Shown: piece by piece, positions 1 to 12,384 of the stretch
Layout of the letters: each line of letters begins with the position of its first letter
Position numbering within the stretch: the first letter of the stretch is position 1
Origin: Squalus acanthias
Lineage: Eukaryota
DNA: 64,000 nt
Assembly (NCBI GenBank): GCA_030390025.1
Contig: CM059440.1
Span: 23,808,001 to 23,872,000 of the forward strand
Direction of reading: 5' to 3'
The notes under the pieces: model-generated
What the model saw: only the letters and a program-made list of their open reading frames with translations
Databases searched by the model: none
Told to the model about the DNA's origin: nothing
Program-made: the position numbers and the translations under genes

Positions 1-1019
1 TCCTCCATTCTCACATTTGCACAATTCAATCCTGGCCTCCTACCCTCACCAGACAGCATTCCCCCTTCCAACAGCACCAGAAGCAGTATATGCCATGGCT
101 ATTTGATCACCTCAATCTGTATGTATCCCTATAACCTCCATCCCATTCCCAAGCAGAGATTGTTCTAGCTTTTATTTGTAAATCTGATAGAGATCAGTGC
201 AGTACTTCCCATCAGCTGTAGCCCAAGTCAGTCCTCTAACAAAACAATTCAGCAGATTACAGTTTTTCACTAATATATTAGAAAATGTTTATCAGAGGTT
301 TACAGGAGCTTGATGTCACATTCATATAATTATCACAACATGGCAAAGATTTATGCAACAGTGTGCATGTTGAACCTCATAGCCATTTAAGTAATGAAAT
401 AATATTCTTCAGACACCTTCATTGACATAAAAGGATGTAACATATACTTTGTATAAATTTTTCTGGAGTGTGGTATTTGAATGAAACATATACAGTTTGA
501 CATTGGCAGTTTGAAGTACGATACACAATGTTCAGGTACTGCTTTAAAAAGTTGTGTTTAGGACTATTTTTCCTTACCACACGAGGCACACTCTGTTTTC
601 AACATTATTTCCTTTTGCACAACTTTATTAACAGTACAAAGTTTTGAAATTCCCAGAACTTTCAAGACACTTGAAAAGCTGGCAGCCAACTGATTGAAAT
701 TCATGTATTATTGGCTCTTCCTTCAGAATTTCCTTAGGGTTGTGTGTGTCTGGACCAACACTGCTGAGGAACATGTTCCATTATCTCTGCATGGAGTCAG
801 ACAGCAGGTAGCACCATGCTCTAGTTAACCACATTTGTTTTTTATTGTCTGTGCCGCATTTAATTACAAATTGGAAGAGGTAGCTATTTAATGTCATACA
901 GCAGAACTGATGACTCAACACTGCCACAAGTATTTTGTTAAGTCGTCTGTTACTAACAGTTTAAATTAGTAACGCAACTCTGAGCTCGGGCAAAGTGCTG
1001 CATGTTCAACAAAATCAAG

Positions 1020-1500
1020 TTCCTATATATATATATATATACACTTGTATACCTCCATAAAATCCACCTCCTATATCCTGACCCACTCACTCATCACCTC
1101 CGTCTTCACTGGCCCCCTGTTCCCCAACTGATCAAATTCAAAACCTCTCCCTCATCCACAAACTCCTCCGCAGACTTGTCCCATCTTACTTCTGCAGCCT
1201 CTTCCAGTTTTATATCCCTTCCCATGCCCTCTGGTTCTCTGTCTTTGAACTTCTGTGCATTCCCCCCTAACCCCACTCCACCATTGGTGGTAGAGCCTTC
1301 CGCTGTCTCTGCCAACACTTTGGAATTTACACCTTAAACCTCTCCCCGTCTATTTCTCTCTGCCTTTAAAAGCCACCTTCATTTTGACCAAGCTTTTGGT
1401 CACCTCTCTCAACTCTACAGCAAAGGCTGTTCATTTCCCTATGTGAAGCACCTTGGGATGTTTTTCCATGTTGTTGGTGCTGTATAAATACAAGGTATTT
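1020..1500 (+). mobile_element. Degraded L2 3' end
   Basis: ttgaccaagcttttggtcacct..gtgaagcaccttgggatg..gctgtataaata resembles the L2 3' terminus seen elsewhere in the window. Confidence 0.55.
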
Positions 1501-1779
1501 CTGTATAAACCCGGAGCAGCAATGTAAAGGAACTTATTTGTGTTCTTGAAGCAAACACAGCAGACTTTGCCTTTAACAGTTGTGAATATTGTAATGTGGG
1601 TCAATTAACCAGACACAGGCATTCAGCCTTAAGATACCAAGACTAGAATAAATATTTGCTGCTACTGCACAGTCGGCACCAGATAGTCACTTTGGTCAAT
1701 GGCCACTAAAAGAGAAAGTTGTTTTATTTTGAAACATAAACACAAGGAGGAACAATTAGGGTGCTGCCCGGGTGACTCA

Positions 1780-2160
1780 GTGAATAAATTCATTCCCTGG
1801 TGTAGTAGTGAACCATACAGACCAGGACCAGCCCCAGGTTCAAAAAACAAGTTTAAAAAACTGGTTTACGGTGGGGCAACAGTAGGACCACTGCAACTGG
1901 CCTCACTGCCCCAGGTCAAAATGAGCCAGGGATCCCACTGCGGATTACTATCCATTGACTCCATTTGTAAAATGCTTTTGTGTGACGTCTCGTGAGGACA
2001 ACATTGTGCTCCTCTGTGATGCCCTTGTAATTGAATAGCCTGCTGGCACCCAATATCTGGACTCACATCTGTAAGCTGGCTACATACTCTAGGTACCAGA
2101 GCCCAGCCAGTGCCCCGGAACCATATCCCAGGGTCAGTCAATGCTTTAGAAAAGGAGGAC
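1780..2160 (+). mobile_element. MER131-like SINE, degraded
   Basis: aaccatacagaccaggacc..ccaggttcaa..ggcctcactgcccc..tgaggacaac..ttgaatagcctgctg. Confidence 0.45.
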
Positions 2161-3032
2161 GTTCCCCAGGATGAGATGTGCTTCAGGATACAAGGGGAGG
2201 AAAGGAGACTGAAGAAAAGAATAAGAACGCTAGCTGATCGTACCTCATTAAATCCCTGATACTTTTCTTTTCCTATCCTTTTTTCTCGCAATTAATTTGC
2301 AGGCTCTTCCAGGGAGCTTTGTATAACCTCCAGCCAAACAGTGATTTGGTCCCATTAGAGCTGGTGTAACCTTGGAATGTGCCCACATTCAAATGTCAGT
2401 GGGATCATTCTGCTCTTAGACCAATTGTTTTATTTAAATGGCTCAATATTTCTTAGAATGCAGACATACCCAAATATATGAAAATACTACCTTCCTGGAG
2501 GGGGAGGAGGCAAGCAGGATCTCTTTTCGGATCAATGTAATACACGGCTTCAAGATGACACAGCACAGGTGAACATTCAAAACAAAGTCAACCCTCTGTG
2601 TCGGGCCTGGTAATGCTATACCTGAGCCAGCAGATCTGCAGTACTCCAGGGCACTGTTGATAATTGACTAGCCTGGCTCATCAATGGAACCTGAAAAGAC
2701 AGACCTGTCACTGGAGGTTGGAATTCTTCTCACTCGCCTCCAGGTAAGCCTGCAGACCCAGTGCACTAACAAATAGGGTAGTCCGAGCTGGACAAACAAA
2801 AAGCTTAGTGTTCTGTGCTGGTAAGCTGCATGGTTTCAAACTTTAGCAGTACCCCTGCACATATGTGGGGATCCCTAACCTGTGGCTGTACCACCCTGCA
2901 CCTAAGCTCTCTGGACTTAAATAAGTGATGCATGTCCCTATGGGGAGTGAGTATGCACTCTGTATTGGGCAAAGAGTGTCCACAGACACAACTGTTTCAG
3001 CTGTGGAAAAATGTATTATTTTTGTTTTGCAG

Positions 3033-3422
3033 GTAAATGGACATTTAGATTATATGAAGCAAATGGACACAATATTAAAGGCTGTAGGCGTGAAAACTAA
3101 GGAATGTCGCTTGGAGGACAAATGGAATATTAGCCCCATGTTTAACACTGGTGAGAAGTGTGCAAGAGAAGAAGGAGAGGCACCTATAGGTGACACCGAA
3201 ATAAATTCTGCTGGAAAGAACAAGTCACAAGCGGCCAATACTCAGCCCTCTGATTCCTTGTTGGGTGATGATCTTTTGGAGACAGCAGGAGCAAGTCAGC
3301 ACTCTTCTGGTACAGAAGATTTGACACCAGCAGTGCAATCCACACTTTGTCCTGATAAAGACAGAACTGCTCATGGGTTAGTATCTACAGCCTTTGAGAT
3401 CTCCAAAGACAAAGAGAGTTAA
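3033..3422 (+). CDS. TMCO4: Last coding exon of transmembrane and coiled-coil domain-containing protein 4 (upstream exons are outside the window)
   Basis: A polypyrimidine tract and acceptor (ttttgttttgcAG, 3031-3032) precede in-frame VNGHLDYMKQMDTILKAVGVKTK, which matches the TMCO4 C-terminal motif (human ..SGHLDYAKQMDAILKAVGIRTK). A low-complexity tail follows to TAA at 3420-3422. The gene is convergent with HTR6, as in human. Candidate AATAAA at 3674-3679. Confidence 0.88.
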   Translation, partial: VNGHLDYMKQMDTILKAVGVKTKECRLEDKWNISPMFNTGEKCAREEGEAPIGDTEINSAGKNKSQAANTQPSDSLLGDDLLETAGASQHSSGTEDLTPAVQSTLCPDKDRTAHGLVSTAFEISKDKES

Positions 3423-4274
3423 CTACAAATTGCCAATGATCTAACAGTGCTGGGGTCTGACAGCAAATATTTTCACCAAATTTATTCAAATTCAAGTATA
3501 ATGGACAGGCACTTCTGAGAATCTGGGGAATGAGTGTCAGAATGAGGAGCTGCTGCACGCATCATGTTTGTTGTAATGAGAGATTGGACCAATAGGTGAT
3601 TGGTGCATATACGCTGTGAAAACCTTAGAGTTAATTAACTAATATAATTTAATATTGGCCTGAAATAATATTTAATAAAGAGATTGATAACATCAGTGTA
3701 TTAGAAGTGAACTATCAACAAAAAGAGATCACTGGGTTCTCTGTCACCCCATGTTTTCCTATTCCATTGATTCTTACTTGATTTCTGAGTCACTTTGATC
3801 CCTGATCTGTGCTGCGTTAACTAATCTCAGTTAGGATTCTACAGTTAGCCTTGGTGCCCTGGGTTAAGAAGCGGGGAAATCAGGCACGGTTCCTAATCAC
3901 TCATCAGCAACCTCTGCTGGAAATTGCATTTCTGTAATGGTTTATCACATCACCAGGATATCCCAAAGTGCTTCACACCCAATTAGTTTTGAAGTGTGAT
4001 CACTGCTGTCATGTAGGGAAGTATTGTGAATGTCAGGGGACAACCGGATCGGGCTTGACTGTAATACTCCCGTTTGAATATTCTGCTGACACACTGTCTA
4101 GGCTCACATGAGGAATGACCACTTGGGTAAGGAACAAGCTATACACCATGAATTGGTGTTTTCTGAAGAGGACTGGAGGTGCTAGGGTACAAAAGATCCT
4201 TTGACATCATAAATTTATGGCCTGAAAGCAGAGAGTTCCTGTTTACAAAAGATGTGTGACAACATTGAATCTGA

Positions 4275-4610
4275 CAGGACAGCAGACAATAATATCAGAG
4301 AGGGGAAATAACAGTTAACTCTCGTATCAATGTGACAGAGCACAGAAAACTGGTAACAGAGGAGGGGACAGGACAACAGACTATGATACCAGTGAAACAG
4401 GACAGAAGACTGTAAGTAGCAGTGAGAACCGATGACTGGAAACTAATATCAGTGAGATAGAAAACAACAATGTAATATCAGTGAGAAAGGGGACAGCAGA
4501 TTGTGATATCAGGGAAGAGAGAACAGAACACATTAATTCCGTGAGAAAGAAGACAGCAGACTACATTGAGTGAGTGGAAAGGACAAAAGATTATAATATC
4601 AGTGAAACTG
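4275..4610. repeat. Degenerate ~30-bp tandem repeat (~11 copies)
   Basis: Approximate consensus GGACAGCAGACTGTAATATCAGTGAGAAAG, recurring every ~30 nt (e.g. 4371, 4400, 4491, 4521, 4551, 4581). Confidence 0.6.
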
Positions 4611-5852
4611 ATGTGTTGATTTGCAAAAGGTGGCAAAATGAATGTTTGGACTTTTGATTATTAAAGAAAGAGAAAGCTACCAGCAATGCACACTGTGAAA
4701 TTCCATCGATTGTTTGTATTAATATTCAGTTGGAGGAGAGAGTTTGACTCAATTTGTATGGTTGGGCTGACCTTCAGAGGGCTCTTTGCACATTTATTAG
4801 AGGCAGTTTGATTCACATGGGCAGCCTGTCAATTCCGTGAAGTCTCTACCTCAGCCCTGCTCCCCCAGTCACACGGACTTCAGTGCCTATAGTACAGTGA
4901 GGATGTGCACTCGGAGCAAATCTTTGCCATGATTTCCCTAACAGTCCTTGAAGTGTGTGTGAAATTTGTGATGTGTTGATGAGCCAGACTGAAAACTCTG
5001 CACCAACCTGAACTATATAGATGGATAATTATGAATTGTTTCTGACCTATAAATCGATTTATCTCCACCGATTGCTCAAACCTGGCATCTGATTAATGGT
5101 TTAGGCCCATCTCACCCTTGACTGTCAGCCCTCCACAGAAAGCAGAGCCCTCATTTAATATTTTTTCAGAGGAATCTGTGTAGCATTTCCCAGTGAGCTC
5201 ATTAATCCACTTTTAATTTTGAAGAGTTTCATATTAATGAAGGGTCAGAATAATTCTGATATGATGAAGCATAAAGGGAAAGAATTATAATGAGAAATTA
5301 TAAAGAGGAATGATGGCAGAGCATCGTTCCTCCCCTCAAGCACGATCAGTTTCAAGTTGTGAACGTGAATGAACCACCTCTTCCATTGTGGGATTCAAAA
5401 AAATACATCAAATGTGGCTTCAAAAGCACAAGATGGCAAATAAGATGAGGTCAAGGAGATGAAAATGGTACGGCTGACTGGCAATTACTGTAATGAGCAG
5501 GTATGTTTTACAGTATGCTATTGTAGTATCAGTGATTCATTTTGAAACCAGAGCCTTGAAATTATTGTCAGTGATAGGTTGACAAATGTTTAACACATTC
5601 ATATGACAGTCTTTTGTCTGATATTTTAATGGTGGTGTTTAAATAAATGGGTTTAAAAACCATGCAGAGGAACATTGGACTGAAATTGTGAACATTTCAC
5701 AATTCAAAGAAGCATAGTGTACTAGCAAGAAACAAAATCATGTTAACGTTACTATAATGTACACGATTCACCATTGTAGTTTGGCCCAGCTCAGTGGAGC
5801 AAATTCAGTGGGGTATATTCTCCAAGTAGTGTATATTCTCTCTCGGCTATAT

Positions 5853-6765
5853 TAGAAGCATAGAAGATAGGAGCAGGAGTAGGCCATTAGGCCCCTCGAG
5901 CCTGCTCCGCCATTTAATGAGATCATGGCTGATCATCCAAATTCAGTACCCTGTCCCTGCTTTCTCCCCATATCCCTTGATCCCTTTAGCCTTAAGAAAT
6001 ATATCTAACTCCTTGAATATATTTAATGAATTGGCCTCAACTGCCTTCTGTGGTAGAGAATTCCACAGGTTCACCACTCTCTGGGTGAAGAAATTCCTCC
6101 TCATCTCAGTCCTAAATGGCTTACCCCTTATCCTTAGACTGTGACCCCTGGTTCTGGACTCCCCCGCCATCGGGAACATCCTTCCTGCATCTAGTCTGTC
6201 TAGTCCTGTTAGAATTTTATAAGTTTCAATGAGATCCCCTCTCATTCTTCTAAACTCTAGCGAATATAAGACTAATCGACCTAATCTCTCTTCATACGTC
6301 ATTCCTGCCATCCCAGGTATCAGTCTAGTAAATCTTCGCTGCACTCCCTCCATGGCAAGAACATCCTTCCTCAGATAAGGCGACCAAAACTGCACACAAT
6401 ACTCAAGGTGTGGTCTCACCAACGCCTTGTACAACTGCAGCAAGACATCCTTGCTCCTGTACTCGAATCCTCTCGCTATGAAGGTCAACATACCATTTGC
6501 CTTCTTAACCGCCTGCTGTACCTGCATGCTTACCTTCAGCGACTGGTGCACAAGGACTCCCAGATCTCGTTGCACTTCCCCTTTTCCCAATCTATTGCCC
6601 TTCAGATAATAATCTGTCTTCCTGTTTTTGCCACCAAAGTGGATAACCTCGCATTTATCCACATTATACTGCATCTGCCATGTATCTGCCCAATCACCCA
6701 ACCTGTCCAAATCATACTGGAGTTTCTCTGCATCCTCCTCACAGCACACACGCCCACCCAGCTTG
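5853..6765 (-). mobile_element. CR1 LINE, 5'-truncated (3' part of ORF2 + 3' UTR)
   Basis: 268-aa ORF with CR1 ORF2 C-terminal motifs (WADTWQMQYNVDKCEVIHFG, LVRPHLEYCVQFWSP, RRNFFTQRVVNLWNSLP) followed by a CR1-type 3' UTR and tail. Confidence 0.9.
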
Positions 6766-7200
6766 GAGAAATTACATCTAGTTCTCTCTGTGTATAGTAT
6801 CAGGAATGGGTAAGTGTGGACAATGGAGGAAATGTTACATTAAAGAACGAGAAAAAGACACTTTCTACCCACTGGGCTTTTCTCGGCTCCCTCTGCGGCT
6901 CTGTACTTTCCCTATTCCCATTTTTTAATGGTGGATCGCTGGATATTACTGAGCGACCAGGCTGGAATGGGTAATGGGCAGAGTGTCCTTTATAAACTGG
7001 TTTTACCTGACCTATCAATGTGAGTTATTAATATATCCGGAAAGAACCTAACTGGGATTTCAAAAATTGAGCGAGTGAAATGTTAATTGTGTTTAAAACC
7101 ACTGTGGAAAAAACAGGGAATTCTCTTACACAGAAAAATGTCAGCGTCAGATTATTGTAGAATGAGGTACCACCTTGTGTCCCACAGTCCAACAGAAATC

Positions 7201-7295
7201 AGATCTGGTGAAGGGTTAAACCCCAAACATTAACCTGCCTTTTTTCTCTCAGACTTGCTGTATGTTTCCAGTGTTTTCTCTTTATTTCAGGTTCC
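7201..7295 (+). mobile_element. Degenerate Penelope terminal-repeat fragment with a mutated hammerhead core
   Basis: ctggtgaagggttaaaccccaaacattaac..ttccagtgttttctctttatttcag parallels 41895-41995. Confidence 0.45.
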
Positions 7296-7729
7296 CACGT
7301 TCCTGTGTTTCCTCCCGCTGGTTACACTTTATTCCTGTGGTTTTTACACAAGGAATTTTGTGGGTTTTTTTAAGCTTTCCGGGAGATCTGAGGAATTAAT
7401 GAATTGTAATGGCTTTCCACATAAACACTCAATATTCACTGCCAGATGTGGAGCTGAGGTTGACTCATCCACCTTCCAAGATTCCCAGCTCCATCCCTTT
7501 GGGGGGTGGGGCTGTCTCTCCAGCCCAGGAGGGGCGCTGTGTGCCCAGCCCAGGGGAGGGGGCACCATTGGCTGCAACTATGTGGAGCCTTGTCTCTAAT
7601 CCAAAAGGGAGCATTGTAGGGTCCGCTGTCTCCAGTCCATTGAAGGCCCCGCTATCTCTAGTCCATGGGGGACAAGAGTCTACAGTCCATTGAGTGATAT
7701 CTGACTCTACCCCTTGGAGGGCGATATCT

Positions 7730-8164
7730 CTAGTCCATTGGTGTGTTCAGCTGGTTTACCTGCAATTCCTGATCAGTCTGCTCCAGATCAAAGAGATGCA
7801 GTGAATCCGCCCCCGTAGCCTCCAAGAGCTTGTCCTCGGTCACCTTGTGTTCCTTGCCAGTTGGGAGGAGGATGTGGTCGTTCACCTGGATAACAGACTC
7901 AACAGAGTCTGTTTCTGGCCGGAGAGCCAGCATATTTCTGAGGGACTGGCCCAACCGAGGGGCGCTGTTGGAGTTTCTCATGGAGAAGGACACGACACTC
8001 GGCCGCCGCTCCCACCATCGCCGGCAACAGGGCAAGTACTTGGCTATGGCCCGTTTGAAATCCCGCATGAAGAGAGGGTAGATGATGGGATTCATGGTGC
8101 TGTTACAGTAGCCGAGCCAGGTCAGTACATCAAAGAGCAGGGGTGGGACACAGTCACAAACCGC
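7730..8164 (-). CDS. HTR6: 5-hydroxytryptamine receptor 6, coding exon 3 (TM7, C-tail, stop)
   Basis: Acceptor cctgcAG|GCG. Encodes AVCDC..LTWLGYCNSTMNPIIYPLFMRDFKRA..LNTPMD* (NPxxY motif). The exons sum to 726+159+435=1320 nt = 439 aa + stop. Confidence 0.95.
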   Translation of the reverse strand, partial: AVCDCVPPLLFDVLTWLGYCNSTMNPIIYPLFMRDFKRAIAKYLPCCRRWWERRPSVVSFSMRNSNSAPRLGQSLRNMLALRPETDSVESVIQVNDHILLPTGKEHKVTEDKLLEATGADSLHLFDLEQTDQELQVNQLNTPMD

Positions 8165-9333
8165 CTGCAGGTAAGAGACAGACTGTTAAAGGGCAAATAA
8201 CGGCAAAATACAACAGAGAAATAAAGTGATTCAGCTCATCATCCTGAGAGAAAACTGGGATCTCGTTGAAATTACAATGTACAGTGATTCAAAACTTGTC
8301 AAACCCAGCCTGGGATGGATCAGCACAACATAATTAGTTCAGGAAAGTTTGCCCATTCTAATCAGGTAAATCAAACGATGGAAATGGGCTGCTTACTAAT
8401 CTCCAGATCTGGGTATGACTGGGAGCAGCCTCTTTACAGCAGATTGTGCAAACCCAGCGAGCTCCACGAATACCGGAGAATGAGCACCTTCCGAGCTGGA
8501 ATTGCTGTGATTTGGGATATTTAGAAATGTCTTTTCAGAAAATCTCATATTTTGTTCTTTGCAACAAGGAGGCTGAGATCCCGGGATCCTGTTTAATATT
8601 TCTGGCTGAAATGACAATTGTTAATGATTATCTAGGTTCGAGATTTGACATGGTTGTTAAGACTTGGAAATCGCTCGGTACACTAAGAATCCACTATCAT
8701 GGGTCACATGTCGCCTTGCTTTTAGAAACGCTAACGATAATGAAAATGTGTTTATGTATGTGTGGGAGAAAGACACAGAAAAAGATAGAACGAGACAGGG
8801 AGGGACACGGACAGAAAGCAAGAGACACAGAGCGTGAGCGGCAGAAGCACACAACGATAGATAGAGACTGACAGACATACAGAGAGCAATGTGTTATTCA
8901 ATGTTAGGGAATGACATTTCTCCCATGTTTGATCCCAGTGTTAGTATAAATTAATCCTAGGTAAAGTACAGCGTGGGCGAGTGTAATGTTCACACTGCTA
9001 TATCTTAATCCAACCCTCCCATAGTCACTGGCTGGTGGGTCAGTCGGGTTTCTTGCTGAGTTCTCTGAATGAGATTGACCAGTGTTGCACTCTGGACCCG
9101 CACTTATTAGAAACTGGATTAAGATTGGTCCAATTCTTTTCATTTAGGACCCATCCCCTTTCAGCTATCAGAGTGAAGAGACCGTCGAATGGAGTGGGCT
9201 GGACACCAACTGGTTAAAGAGGCCACAGAACAACTTTGAAATGAGATTTTCCGCTCAGGTTATCTAAGGTGCAGAGAGATTCCAGCCGGTGGGAGACCTA
9301 CGATTCTCCTCCTCCGCTCCCAAACATGCTCAC

Positions 9334-9492
9334 CTGCGTAACATTGGCCACAAAGAAGGGCAGCCAGGCCCCGAAGAACATTCCCAGTAAAATTCCCAGA
9401 GTCAGGCTGGCTTTCAAAGCCCTCTTACTGTGTTTGTTTGTGAATTTTCTGCTGTCGCTGGTTGCCGCTGATGGATTCGGAGCTCCCCGGAC
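9334..9492 (-). CDS. HTR6: 5-hydroxytryptamine receptor 6, coding exon 2 (ICL3-TM6)
   Basis: Acceptor ctccAG|GTC and donor CAG|GTGAGC. 159 nt encoding VRGAPNPSAATSDSRKFTNKHSKRALKASLTLGILLGMFFGAWLPFFVANVTQ. Confidence 0.95.
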
Positions 9493-10021
9493 CTGGAGAT
9501 AAGAACAGCGGCAGAATCTGAGCGATAGATGCTTTGGACAGGGACATCTCCAAAGGGAAATCCGAGAATATATAAAACAATGCATTAAAATAGTCAATAA
9601 AAACCTGAAGGTTCTCTCTAAGCGTGTCCCATTCCCGGTCCTGCGGGTTTTACGCGGCCACCTTGTCTAGAGATTAAATCTATGGCCGGGGTAATTTGCT
9701 CGGCTCTGTAAAGTAAAATTATTTTGGAGCTTTTTTAATTAAATATTGCGTTAAAAAGTTGGCAGATCCGCCAAAAAAAATACAAAGCATAGATTTGTAA
9801 AGTGCTGGGTATTTCGCTCAATCTGTTTGAATTGTGTTGTTGTCAGACTTAATTGTGAACGTGATGGGGAAACAAAACATTTTCCCAAATACAGAGAAAC
9901 CTGCGCTTGGAGTGTCGGCTAAAGGGGCCTCTGGGTCCCCGGCTGATTGCGGCTCCAGTCCGCGGTGGGCCGGGCCGGGCCGGAGCCGGAGCCGGAGCCG
10001 CCGGTCTGAGGGCGGAATCGG

Positions 10022-10042
10022 GTCGCTGTCTGAGGTGCTGAA
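10022..10042 (-). promoter_or_regulatory. RE1/NRSE (REST-binding)-like element in HTR6 intron 1
   Basis: TTCAGCACCTCAGACAGCGAC matches the canonical TTCAGCACCACGGACAGCGCC at 18/21 positions and lies in a CpG-rich intronic patch. Confidence 0.55.
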
Positions 10043-10490
10043 AGTAAAGCTCTTGCTCCAGCCTGGCGCTAGTGGTCAGTCCGAAACTCCGATTAGAATT
10101 GATCTAAATCCGATTGCGGTGTCCGCAGAATAACTCCCGCCCCCCAATACATTAACCCTCGGGGTCCAGCTGTTAGTTGTTGAATACACCACAAGCTGAA
10201 CCCAACTGAAGTCCTGTCACCTGCAGTGAAACGGGTCTGGAGACTGGATTTGAACAATATCAACCTTCTCATCCCCCTAATCATCCGTCATTGTGATCGT
10301 CTATTTAGCTCCTGTATAAGAGGTGGGAGCCCTGCCTGCACCGGTTAAACACTGTGGGGCGATGGCCCATGCCCGGCACCCCATCATCTCTCCCTGTCTA
10401 CTGCTGTCCCGGGGGGTCCTCAGTCAGGACAACCTGCGGCTCGGCGCAAACCACATGTTATTTGCGAACTGTTGGAAGAGGCTCCATTAC

Positions 10491-11216
10491 CTGCACAGGG
10501 TCATCGGAAGTGGTGGCCACGTTTGTGGTCAAAGAGGCCACTTGCACCGCTTGCTTCTTGGCGGCCAGCAGGATCCGGCAGTAGGTGAAGGAGATGGCTA
10601 CAGACGGGAGGAAGAAGGTGAGACACGAGGCGATGAGAGCGTAGGGAAGGCTAACCAAGAGCCGGCACTGAGGCGCTTCCACCGCAGGGGTGGAGTTGAA
10701 AGCCTGAACATCAAAGTCCACCTCATGCCATCCCATCTCAATGGGCAGGAAGGAAGCCAAGGCGGCCAGGGTCCAGCTGGTGAATATCAGAAAGAGAGCT
10801 CGGCAGGAGGTCATCCGCAGTTTGTATTTCAAGGGAGAGATGATGAGAAGGTATCTGTCCAGGCTGATCACACACAGGTTCAGGATGGAAGCGCTGCAAC
10901 ACATCACATCAAAGGACGACCAGATGGAGCAGAAGCCACTCTCCAACACCCATCTCCCGTACAGCTCGTTCAGCATCGCCGGGGGCATAACAACCAAGCC
11001 GACCATCAGGTCGGACATGAAGAGGGAGACCAAGAAATAATTGGAGGTGTTGCGCAGAGAGCGCTGGGTAAAGATCAACAGAATCAGCAGAAAATTGCCG
11101 GCGGTGGTCAGGATGATGATGAGACAGAGAAAGGCTGCGATCCACTCATTGCCCTCCTGAGCCATCCGCTGCTCCGGCTCGGTGGCGTTGCCCTCGGCGG
11201 ATCGTCCCCTTTCCAT
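10491..11216 (-). CDS. HTR6: 5-hydroxytryptamine receptor 6, coding exon 1 (TM1-TM5)
   Basis: ATG at 11216 (MERGRSAEGNATE.., N-glycosylation sequon NAT). Class A aminergic GPCR motifs: GNFLLI, SLFMSDLMVG, FDVMCCSASILNLCVISLDRY, FFLP, YCRILLAAKKQAVQVASLT. Phase-0 donor CAG|GTAATG at 10491/10490. 726 nt. Confidence 0.95.
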
Positions 11217-12384
11217 GTGGAGAGGCGAATGAAAAGACGGTGAATGCAACAACAACAAAAAACCAAAATCAGGTTGGGGGAATTGTCTCTCACATCTGGC
11301 AGGAGAGCAGAGCCGGGCAGCGAGTGTGTAGCCGGAGGAGACACATGCAACCGTCCGACCTGCCAAGGGTGGCACACGTTGGAATGAAGCTGCACGCGGT
11401 ATCTGCTTTCCGATTGTAACTGCGGCTTATAAATGTGGACAGAAAAGCGATGGTTGTTCCACAGAAAACACGCAAAGTACTGCAGCCCACGGAGTGTCTG
11501 TGAGCAGCGATGTACAGAACAGACTCCAGAATTCAGAATCCCTGTGCAATTCCTTCACCACCACTGTTAACTTATCCAAAGGTTTGATCTTGACTACGGT
11601 CATCTTATATGTTAGATAGGTAGACGGGAGAGAAAGATTGGCAAAGGATTGAGGCTGTTAATGAGACACATCCAGACTGAAAGATTTTCTTTAATAAATA
11701 GCTAAATGGAGCTGGCTGGGGCCTCGGTGAATTCAGGTCTCCAGTCTCACTGGTCCTCGGGAGGAGTGAGTGATGGGAGGGACTGACCGCTCTTCTATCG
11801 ACACAAGCGTAAAAAAACACCTGAACAAGTAGAAGTAATTGGTTTGTGACAATTAACCCACCCGAACACTGAGGGAGCAAAGCCACAATCAATAGGACCA
11901 GAAAAGGGGATGAAACGACCTCAACCTCTGTCCCAGGAGATCCCGACAGCCAACTGGATTCTCAAACACAGCAATCTAGCAAAAACAGCCCAGCAGAAAG
12001 CTCAACACAAGAGGGAGTCCGACTCTCTCCACCTCCCTGTAGCTGGGGTCAGGTTCCTGATTCCCCGCTAAAAAAAAATTAAAGAACTTTAAACAGCGAC
12101 TGGCGCTGTTACAGAAACGGTGCTTTCAGTGCCTCCGATTCTGCAGTTCTTCGGGTGTAAGTTGGAGATGGTTTCTGGATCTACTGTCAAAAATGTTCAG
12201 GATTCCTGCACTTTAAACAGAATGCTCACCCTCCCAGAAAATGAAATCGGCGGCCAGTCTCACTAACCGGCGATAATCCTGCCCAGTTATCGACTAACCT
12301 GCCCTCCCTCTGGCTGCCGGCGGGGTTCAGGCATTTCATCACCGCGGGTTTATGAAGCACATGAACGCGTCTCTGAGAGATTTA

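Noticed and set aside
2925-3032. N-terminal part of the 165-aa ORF
   Set aside because: Intronic; TMCO4 similarity starts only after the acceptor at 3031-3032.
10323-11243. 306-aa + strand ORF
   Set aside because: Antisense shadow of HTR6 exon 1 with no recognisable protein features.
11217-11375. N-terminal extension of HTR6 implied by the ORF track
   Set aside because: The ORF begins at a non-ATG codon; the first in-frame ATG (11216) gives an orthologous-length protein.
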